From a virus (Duplodnaviria > Heunggongvirae > Uroviricota > Caudoviricetes): a stretch of 20,880 nucleotides of DNA. Positions 14,976-20,880 of this stretch are shown here, in pieces. Location of the stretch: IMG/VR virus record IMGVR_UViG_3300029080_000072; one strand, 5' to 3'. How positions within the stretch are numbered: position 1 is the stretch's first letter; the number at the start of each line of letters is the position of its first letter. Position numbers and translations under genes: made by a program. Under the pieces are notes generated by a model. It was not told the DNA's origin. It saw only the letters and a list, made by a program, of their open reading frames with translations, and made no database searches.

Positions 14976-15005
14976 AACCCGGCCCCAGTGCCGGGTTTTC
15001 TTTTG
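14976..15005 (+). terminator. Rho-independent terminator ending the cI/rex-position operon (tImm-like)
   Basis: AACCCGGC-CCCAGT-GCCGGGTT followed by TTCTTTTG. Confidence 0.75.
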
Positions 15006-15100
15006 CCTCCCCTCATCACACAAACCGTTCAAAAAACCACCACGACCTCGCTTCAGTTATCGCTATGCGATGCAAGTCACAAAATAAATCCATCTTAAAT

Positions 15101-15170
15101 ACAACCAGTTATATCTAAAACAACCAATAAAACAACTTTTGTTGTTGCCGATAAAACAACTATAGTTTTA
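15101..15170 (+). promoter_or_regulatory. OL/PL region
   Basis: There are clustered ACAAC/GTTGT operator-like elements. They include the palindrome AACAACTTTTGTTGTT (15131..15146) and AAAACAACTATAGTTTT (15153..15169). The latter is the reverse complement of the OR 17-mer with one mismatch. Candidate PL: TTGTTG (15139..15144), 16 nt, TATAGT (15161..15166). Confidence 0.55.
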
Positions 15171-15450
15171 AATGAATTCATCGCAACAACACAACGATAC
15201 GGCAATCACCTGATTCACCGTTGCGATGACCGCTTAGATCCGCAGCTTGAATTTCAGCAGGCTCCGGGGAGTGCGAGGGGTGAAGCGGACGCGTGAACGT
15301 CGGTGTGACCAGCTGAAATCAACTCAACACTTCATACCTCAGTCGCTTCAACGAGGCGACTTAGTTATGACAACCGGCGGCCATCCACCGCCTGAATACG
15401 CGCAGAAGTCTCTATATGTTCAGCAGCCCAGCTTACGGGCAGGAGTTTTT

Positions 15451-15657
15451 ATGGTTCATCAACATTACGGAACGCAGACCGTTAATCGAGGTGCGGTCAT
15501 GCCAGGAATGCTGGTCAAACACAAAGATGGTACCTGGACTGCATCAGCTAATTTACGCGGACGGCTATATCTGCATCGCGGCATCGAGCGCACTTATACC
15601 CGTGATTTGCTCGTGGAAGTTTTTCTCGACGGACGCGGTAACGGCCTGAATCACTAA
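15451..15657 (+). CDS. Small hypothetical protein in the kil/cIII position, immediately upstream of gam
   Basis: ATG 15451 has a strong AGGAG RBS 5 nt upstream and gives 68 aa: [68 protein letters not shown]. An alternative in-frame ATG lies at 15367. Its position and size suggest a Kil/KilR-type host-killing peptide, but I cannot confirm the family. Confidence 0.5.
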   Translation: MVHQHYGTQTVNRGAVMPGMLVKHKDGTWTASANLRGRLYLHRGIERTYTRDLLVEVFLDGRGNGLNH

Positions 15658-15732
15658 TCCCCTTTCCTGTTTTCCTAATCAGCCTGGCATTTCGCGGGCG
15701 ATATTTTCACAGCCATTTTCAGGAGTTCAGCC

Positions 15733-16029
15733 ATGAACGCTTATTACATTCAGGATCGTCTTGAGGCTCAGAGCTGGGCACGTCACTACCAGCAGATCGC
15801 CCGTGAAGAGAAAGAGGCAGAACTGGCAGACGACATGGAAAAAGGCCTGCCCCAGCACCTGTTTGAATCGCTATGCATCGATCATTTGCAACGCCACGGG
15901 GCCAGCAAAAAAGCCATTACCCGTGCGTTTGATGACGATGTTGAGTTTCAGGAGCGCATGGCAGAACACATCCGGTACATGGTTGAAATCATTGCTCACC
16001 ACCAGTTTGATATTGATTCAGAGGTATAA
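15733..16029 (+). CDS. gam: Gam (RecBCD inhibitor), 98-aa GamS form
   Basis: [60 protein letters not shown]... is near-identical to remembered lambda Gam. It has an AGGAG RBS. Confidence 0.93.
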   Translation: MNAYYIQDRLEAQSWARHYQQIAREEKEAELADDMEKGLPQHLFESLCIDHLQRHGASKKAITRAFDDDVEFQERMAEHIRYMVEIIAHHQFDIDSEV

Positions 16030-16034
16030 AACGG

Positions 16035-16820
16035 ATGAGTACAGCACTCGCAACGCTGGCAGGGAAGCTGGCTGAACGTGTCGGCATGGATTCTGTCGAC
16101 CCACAGGAACTGATCACCACTCTTCGCCAGACGGCATTTAAAGGTGATGCCAGCGATGCGCAGTTCATCGCATTGTTGATCGTCGCCAACCAGTACGGCC
16201 TTAATCCGTGGACGAAAGAAATTTACGCCTTCCCTGATAAGCAGAACGGCATTGTTCCGGTGGTGGGCGTTGATGGCTGGTCCCGCATCATCAATGAAAA
16301 CCAGCAGTTTGATGGTATGGACTTTGAGCAGGACAATGAATCCTGTACATGCCGGATTTACCGCAAGGACCGCAATCATCCGATCTGCGTCACCGAGTGG
16401 ATGGATGAATGCCGCCGCGAACCATTCAAAACCCGCGAAGGCAGAGAAATCACGGGGCCGTGGCAGTCGCATCCCAAACGGATGTTACGGCATAAAGCCA
16501 TGATTCAGTGTGCCCGTCTGGCCTTCGGATTTGCTGGTATCTATGACAAGGATGAAGCCGAGCGCATTGTCGAAAATACCGCATACACTGCAGAACGTCA
16601 GCCGGAACGCGACATCACTCCGGTTAACGATGAAACCATGCAGGAGATTAACACTCTGCTGATTGCCCTGGATAAAACATGGGATGACGACTTATTGCCG
16701 CTCTGTTCCCAGATATTTCGCCGCGACATTCGCGCATCGTCAGAACTGACACAGGCCGAAGCAGTGAAAGCTCTTGGATTCCTGAAACAGAAAGCCTCTG
16801 AGCAGAAGGTGGCTGCATGA
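16035..16820 (+). CDS. bet: Bet single-strand annealing recombinase
   Basis: 261 aa: [68 protein letters not shown]... This is essentially lambda Bet. Confidence 0.95.
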   Translation: MSTALATLAGKLAERVGMDSVDPQELITTLRQTAFKGDASDAQFIALLIVANQYGLNPWTKEIYAFPDKQNGIVPVVGVDGWSRIINENQQFDGMDFEQDNESCTCRIYRKDRNHPICVTEWMDECRREPFKTREGREITGPWQSHPKRMLRHKAMIQCARLAFGFAGIYDKDEAERIVENTAYTAERQPERDITPVNDETMQEINTLLIALDKTWDDDLLPLCSQIFRRDIRASSELTQAEAVKALGFLKQKASEQKVAA

Positions 16821-17497
16821 CACCGGACATTATCCTGCAGCGTACCGGGATCGACGTGAGAGCTGTCGAACAGGGAGATGATGCGTGGAACAAATTACGA
16901 CTCGGCGTCATCACGGCTTCAGAAGTTCACAATGTGATAGCAAAACCCCGCTCCGGTAAAAAGTGGCCTGACATGAAAATGTCCTACTTTCACACCCTGC
17001 TGGCTGAGATTTGCACCGGTGTGGCTCCGGAAGTTAACGCTAAGGCGCTGGCCTGGGGAAAACAGTACGAGAATGACGCCAGAGCCCTGTTTGAGTTTAC
17101 TTCCGGCGTGAATGTTACTGAATCCCCGATCATCTATCGCGACGAAAGTATGCGCACCGCCTGCTCTCCCGATGGTTTATGCAGTGACGGCAACGGCCTT
17201 GAGCTGAAATGCCCGTTTACCTCCCGGGATTTCATGAAGTTCCGGCTCGGTGGTTTCGAGGCCATAAAGTCGGCTTACATGGCCCAGGTGCAGTACAGCA
17301 TGTGGGTGACACGAAAAGATGCCTGGTACTTTGCCAACTATGACCCGCGTATGAAGCGTGAAGGACTGCATTATGTCGTGGTTGAGCGGGATGAAAAGTA
17401 CATGGCGAGTTTTGACGAGATGGTGCCGGAGTTCATCGAAAAAATGGACGAGGCACTGGCTGAAATTGGTTTTGTATTTGGGGAGCAATGGCGATGA
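16817..17497 (+). CDS. exo: Lambda exonuclease (Exo)
   Basis: 226 aa: [64 protein letters not shown]... This is essentially lambda Exo. An ATGA overlap joins it to bet. Confidence 0.95.
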   Translation: MTPDIILQRTGIDVRAVEQGDDAWNKLRLGVITASEVHNVIAKPRSGKKWPDMKMSYFHTLLAEICTGVAPEVNAKALAWGKQYENDARALFEFTSGVNVTESPIIYRDESMRTACSPDGLCSDGNGLELKCPFTSRDFMKFRLGGFEAIKSAYMAQVQYSMWVTRKDAWYFANYDPRMKREGLHYVVVERDEKYMASFDEMVPEFIEKMDEALAEIGFVFGEQWR

Positions 17498-17652
17498 CGC
17501 ATCCTCACGATAATATCCGGGTAGGCGCGATCACTTTCGTCTACTCCATTACAAAGCGAGGCTGGGTATTTCCCGGCCTTTCTGTTATCAGAAATCCACT
17601 GAAAGCACAGCGGCTGGCTGAGAAGATAAATAATAAACAGGAGGATATATGA
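17494..17652 (+). CDS. 52-aa ORF, lambda orf60a-like with a replaced C-terminus (below the track's cutoff)
   Basis: My own translation gives [55 protein letters not shown] 17494 overlaps the exo stop (ATGA) and its stop overlaps the next ATG (ATATGA). The N-terminal ~45 aa match my memory of lambda orf60a, which follows exo. Confidence 0.5.
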   Translation: MTHPHDNIRVGAITFVYSITKRGWVFPGLSVIRNPLKAQRLAEKINNKQEDI

Positions 17653-18713
17653 GTCAGGTTGGTAATCATTCATTCGAATTTCCGGCATCGCAAGGTGTAC
17701 AGGGTGGTACTGTTACACTCTTCCTTACCATACCAGGAAGATCGCTGGCTCGTTTCCTCGCTTCAGATAATTACGGCCATACACTGGAACGCTCTCAGCG
17801 AGAAATTAATCCAAATCGAGTACGAAAATTTTTAAATTATCTCACTAACGCAGACTCAAGAAATGAGTCTTTTATCATTCCCCCTCTCGTAGGTAACTGT
17901 GATTCGAATATAGAATTTGTACCGTTTGGCAACACAAATGTTGGTATAGCCAGAATTCCCCTCGACGCCGAAATAAAACTTTTTGATGGCCAACATCGTG
18001 CAGCTGGCATTGAGATATTTTGCCGAAGTTCCCCATCAACGCTCATGGTTCCCATGATGCTTACAATGAATCTGCCGCTAAAAACCCGGCAGCAGTTCTT
18101 TTCGGACATAAATAACAACGTTTCTAAGCCATCAGCGACCATCAATATGGCGTATAACGGCCGGGATGATATTGCTCAGGGAATGATATCCTTCCTGACC
18201 CAACATACTGTATTTGCCGATATAACCGATTTTGAACACAACGTAGTGCCATTAAAAAGTAATATGTGGGTGAGTTTCAAGGCACTCACTGATGCAACGT
18301 CAAAGTTTGCTAGGAACGGCAATCAACAACTTGAAATGGGATATATAGAATCTGTCTGGGAGGCATGGATTACACTAACTCAGATTGACTCAATCCGACA
18401 TGGTGTACACCACGCTACGTACAAGCGCGATTATATTCAGTTCCATGGAGTAATGATTAACGCTTTCGGTTTTGCGGTTCAACAGATGATGGTTAATCAT
18501 TCCATCGCAGAAATAACTTCTATGATCGAAAAACTCTGTGCAACTACCAGCTCTGCAGAAAGAGAGGATTTTTTTCTGATGGATAACTGGGCGGGGATCT
18601 GCACGAAAGCCAGCCAGGAAAAACTATCGGTTATTGCCAATGTGGCAGCGCAGAAAGCAGCAGCAAACAGACTGATACAAGCTTTTACCAAAGGAAGTCT
18701 GGAAACAACTTAA
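17649..18713 (+). CDS. DGQHR-domain protein (DndB/ParB-Srx-like superfamily), stand-alone
   Basis: 354 aa with the literal DGQHR motif at residues 113-117 (KLFDGQHRAAGIE, nt 17985..17999). Upstream is QREINPNRVRKF and downstream is FFSDINNNVSKPS, as in DndB-type proteins. It has a helical C-terminal half, AGGAG RBS and AT-richer composition than bet/exo. Confidence 0.8.
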   Translation: MSQVGNHSFEFPASQGVQGGTVTLFLTIPGRSLARFLASDNYGHTLERSQREINPNRVRKFLNYLTNADSRNESFIIPPLVGNCDSNIEFVPFGNTNVGIARIPLDAEIKLFDGQHRAAGIEIFCRSSPSTLMVPMMLTMNLPLKTRQQFFSDINNNVSKPSATINMAYNGRDDIAQGMISFLTQHTVFADITDFEHNVVPLKSNMWVSFKALTDATSKFARNGNQQLEMGYIESVWEAWITLTQIDSIRHGVHHATYKRDYIQFHGVMINAFGFAVQQMMVNHSIAEITSMIEKLCATTSSAEREDFFLMDNWAGICTKASQEKLSVIANVAAQKAAANRLIQAFTKGSLETT

Positions 18714-18790
18714 TGAATCAACATTGTCTCATATCAGCATGCTGTACGGCGTCTTTAAGGAACGGTGAGCATGAAAAACAAAATCATCAT

Positions 18791-18811
18791 GGAGCTACAG
18801 GCTCCTTTTTT
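18791..18811 (+). terminator. Weak candidate intrinsic terminator after the DGQHR gene
   Basis: GGAGC-TACAG-GCTCC followed by TTTTTT. The stem is only 5 bp. Confidence 0.35.
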
Positions 18812-18866
18812 ATTATTCGCATTCACCCTCAAGCGTATTAACCAACAATTCAGGGATTAATGAAAG

Positions 18867-19085
18867 ATGGCAGACATCATTGATTCAGCATCAGAAATTG
18901 AAGAATTACAGCGCAACACAGCAATAAAAATGCGCCGCCTGAACCACCAGGCTATATCTGCCACTCATTGTTGTGAGTGTGGCGATCCGCTAGATGAACG
19001 AAGACGCCTGGCCGTTCAGGGTTGTCGGACTTGTGCAAGTTGCCAGGAGGAGATCGAACTTAAGAACAAACAATGGGGACTGTGA
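18867..19085 (+). CDS. TraR/DksA-family C4 zinc-finger protein
   Basis: 72 aa with a CxxC...CxxC motif (HCCECGDPLDERRRLAVQGCRTCASCQ), typical of phage TraR/DksA-like proteins. Confidence 0.8.
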   Translation: MADIIDSASEIEELQRNTAIKMRRLNHQAISATHCCECGDPLDERRRLAVQGCRTCASCQEEIELKNKQWGL

Positions 19086-19132
19086 TGGCCTCAAAGCAGC
19101 AAATTTCAACATCGTCCAACTGAGGTGTAAAA

Positions 19133-19372
19133 ATGTTCAGAATCATTTTTCCTAACACCTGGTACGTCGACCACCACGGCACTCCCTGCAAAATCCTGCG
19201 TTCTACCCACAACAAAGTTCACTACATCCGAAAAGGCAGAACATGTATCGCCAGCATGTTCCGCTTTAATCATGACTTTGAACCTGTGAATAAAGCTGAT
19301 GCAGATCGGATAGCAGAAGAGATCGAAACGGCAGAACACATTAAGAAGTTACGTGCCATACGCAGGAAATAG
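19133..19372 (+). CDS. Small conserved lambdoid b-region protein (possibly DUF4222-like)
   Basis: 79 aa with a GAGGTG RBS. The pattern WYVDHHGTPCKILRSTHNKVHYIRKG...FEPV resembles small prophage proteins I recall as DUF4222. The family assignment is uncertain. Confidence 0.55.
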   Translation: MFRIIFPNTWYVDHHGTPCKILRSTHNKVHYIRKGRTCIASMFRFNHDFEPVNKADADRIAEEIETAEHIKKLRAIRRK

Positions 19373-19511
19373 AAAAATTGATAAATTCAATACTGCATTT
19401 CTCAGCATTAAATTTATCTCTATGACCAGTCAAGAGATGTACCTGCCATGAGCTTAATATCATGTCAGATATATCGGTCACAAACTCCCTCAGCAGCTAA
19501 GAGGAGGACAA

Positions 19512-19748
19512 ATGTCTCGACTAATCACTTTACAGGACTGGGCTAAAGAAGAATTTGGGGACTTAGCACCAAGTGAGCGAGTTCTGAAAAAATACGCGCA
19601 AGGGAAAATGATGGCCCCACCCGCTATAAAAGTTGGTCGCTACTGGATGATTGACCGAAATTCCCGTTTTGTAGGAACGCTGGCAGAACCGCAACTCCCA
19701 ATAAACGCAAACCCAAAACTCCAACGGATAATCGCTGATGGCTGCTAG
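19512..19748 (+). CDS. xis: Excisionase
   Basis: 78 aa with an AGGAGG RBS. MSRLITLQDWAKEEFG...PPAIKVGRYWMIDRNS parallels lambda Xis (MYLTLQEWNAR...PPPVKDGREYLF). Its 3' end overlaps the int start, as in lambda. Confidence 0.8.
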   Translation: MSRLITLQDWAKEEFGDLAPSERVLKKYAQGKMMAPPAIKVGRYWMIDRNSRFVGTLAEPQLPINANPKLQRIIADGC

Positions 19749-20880
19749 ACCCCGATCTCACAAAATCTCTATACCCAATTTATATTGCAAATTAGATAAG
19801 CGAACCGGAAAGGTATATTGGCAATACAAACATCCACTATCCGGTCGTTTTCATAGCTTAGGAACTGATGAGAATGAAGCAAAACAAGTTGCTACTGAAG
19901 CAAATACCATTATTGCTGAACAACGTACCAGACAAATATTAAGCGTCAATGAGCGTCTGGAAAGAATGAAAGGCAGGCGCTCAGACATTACGGTGACAGA
20001 ATGGCTTGATAAATATATTTCTATCCAGGAGGACAGGCTGCAACATAATGAACTAAGACCCAACTCCTATCGGCAAAAAGGCAAACCCATTCGTCTTTTC
20101 CGTGAGCATTGTGGAATGCAACACCTCAAGGATATTACCGCACTTGATATTGCCGAAATAATTGATGCTGTAAAGGCTGAAGGTCATAACAGGATGGCGC
20201 AAGTCGTGAGAATGGTGTTGATCGACGTCTTCAAAGAAGCACAACACGCAGGACATGTTCCGCCAGGATTTAACCCAGCGCAGGCAACAAAACAACCGCG
20301 AAATCGAGTAAACCGCCAAAGATTGTCACTGCCCGAATGGCAGGCAATATTTGAAAGCGTAAGCAGACGGCAGCCCTATTTAAAATGCGGCATGCTACTT
20401 GCTCTTGTTACTGGACAACGTTTAGGCGATATCTGCAATTTGAAATTCTCTGATATATGGGACGACATGTTGCACATTACTCAGGAAAAAACCGGTTCAA
20501 AACTTGCTATTCCGCTTAACCTGAAATGCGATGCTCTGAATATTACCCTTCGTGAAGTTATATCTCAGTGCAGGGATGCTGTTGTTAGTAAATATCTGGT
20601 CCATTACCGTCACACTACCTCTCAAGCAAACAGAGGAGACCAGGTTTCTGCAAATACTCTGACAACGGCTTTTAAAAAGGCCAGGGAAAAATGTGGCATA
20701 AAATGGGAGCAAGGAACTGCGCCCACATTTCATGAGCAGCGATCTCTGTCAGAACGGTTATATCGGGAACAGGGTCTGGATACGCAAAAGTTGTTAGGCC
20801 ATAAATCCAGAAAAATGACCGACCGATACAATGATGATCGTGGTAAAGACTGGGTTATCGTAGATATCAAAACAGCATAG
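19738..20880 (+). CDS. int: Lambda-family tyrosine integrase
   Basis: 380 aa, alignable by eye to lambda Int: ...PNLYCKLD...GQRLGDICNLKFSDI...TFHEQRSLSERLY...LLGHKSRKMTDRYNDDRG. The catalytic R, H-x-x-R, H and Y are present. The stop is the last codon of the window. Confidence 0.93.
   Translation: MAARPRSHKISIPNLYCKLDKRTGKVYWQYKHPLSGRFHSLGTDENEAKQVATEANTIIAEQRTRQILSVNERLERMKGRRSDITVTEWLDKYISIQEDRLQHNELRPNSYRQKGKPIRLFREHCGMQHLKDITALDIAEIIDAVKAEGHNRMAQVVRMVLIDVFKEAQHAGHVPPGFNPAQATKQPRNRVNRQRLSLPEWQAIFESVSRRQPYLKCGMLLALVTGQRLGDICNLKFSDIWDDMLHITQEKTGSKLAIPLNLKCDALNITLREVISQCRDAVVSKYLVHYRHTTSQANRGDQVSANTLTTAFKKAREKCGIKWEQGTAPTFHEQRSLSERLYREQGLDTQKLLGHKSRKMTDRYNDDRGKDWVIVDIKTA

Larger units (their letters stand above)
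1..20880. mobile_element. Defective mosaic lambdoid prophage: DLP12/phage-21-like late and lysis genes, lambda-like Red and O/P genes, Rac-like YdaS/YdaT immunity. Left edge lies inside stf; right edge is the int stop codon.
   Basis: Every confident ORF is a recognisable lambdoid phage gene in lambda-like order. cos, ori iterons, OR/OL operators and int/xis are all present. Head and tail genes are absent. Confidence 0.92.

Noticed and set aside
15247-15450. Arg-rich stretch GVKRTRERRCDQLK in the upstream extension of ORF 15247..15657, which looked like an N-protein arginine-rich motif
   Set aside because: The extension has only TTG/GTG starts with no properly spaced RBS. No boxA/boxB-type nut site precedes it, and the rest has no resemblance to N, Nun or gp24. 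The strong AGGAG-ATG at 15451 is the more credible start.
15996-16472. 158-aa minus-strand ORF (and 15989..16189) within bet
   Set aside because: It is antisense to an essentially lambda-identical bet gene.
17177-17688. Minus-strand ORFs of 103 aa and 105 aa overlapping exo and the orf60a-like ORF
   Set aside because: They are antisense to exo and to the translationally coupled small ORF. No RBS or homology supports them.
18769-18861. 29-aa ORF MKNKIIMELQAPFLLFAFTLKRINQQFRD between the DGQHR gene and the zinc-finger gene
   Set aside because: It is very short and contains the candidate terminator hairpin within it. I recall no conservation, so it is not reported as a gene.
1-20880. Scan for tRNA/tmRNA genes, CRISPR repeat-spacer arrays, IS elements or terminal inverted repeats, and att core repeats
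   Set aside because: I saw no cloverleaf-compatible segments downstream of Q, no regularly spaced direct repeats other than the ori iterons, and no transposase-like ORFs. The attachment site should lie beyond the int stop, outside the window.

Overview
The whole 20.9-kb window is a defective, mosaic lambdoid prophage of the E. coli/Shigella type. It ends exactly at the integrase stop codon (20880), so att is off-window.

Gene order, left to right:
- Late region: stf' (runs off the left edge), 'lom, a deletion junction, terminase A', nu1, cos, ylcI, bor.
- Lysis and late control: Rz/Rz1, SAR endolysin, pinholin, an intact NmpC/Lc-type porin with an IpeX-like 3' region, Q, ylcG.
- nin region: rusA, ybcO, ninE, ybcN, an AT-rich two-gene island, and an MT-A70 methylase interrupted by a stop codon.
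- Replication and immunity: P, O (with ori iterons), a YdaT-like CII analogue, a Cro/YdaS-like gene, OR, cI, two ORFs in the rexAB position, a terminator, OL/PL.
- Early-left operon: a long ORF-poor leader, a small ORF, gam, bet, exo, an orf60a-like ORF, a DGQHR/DndB-like protein, a TraR/DksA zinc finger, a small ORF, xis, int.

Nearly all virion genes are missing. Codon 82 of terminase A is joined directly into the lom signal peptide. cos, nu1, lysis, replication, Red recombination and int/xis all look intact.

All homology calls rest on my recall of lambda, K-12 DLP12 and Rac protein sequences and on motif reading. No search was run.

Best candidate for an undescribed system: the AT-rich overlapping gene pair at 8338..9970 (minus strand), a PRTase-like 343-aa protein plus a NADAR-domain protein. 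It has the layout of a toxin/antitoxin-type defence or counter-defence module. Secondary candidates are the stand-alone DGQHR (DndB/ParB-like) protein coupled to the Red operon (17649..18713) and the small-protein plus tail-anchored coiled-coil pair in the rexAB position (14181..14899).

I saw no tRNA, rRNA, CRISPR array or IS element.
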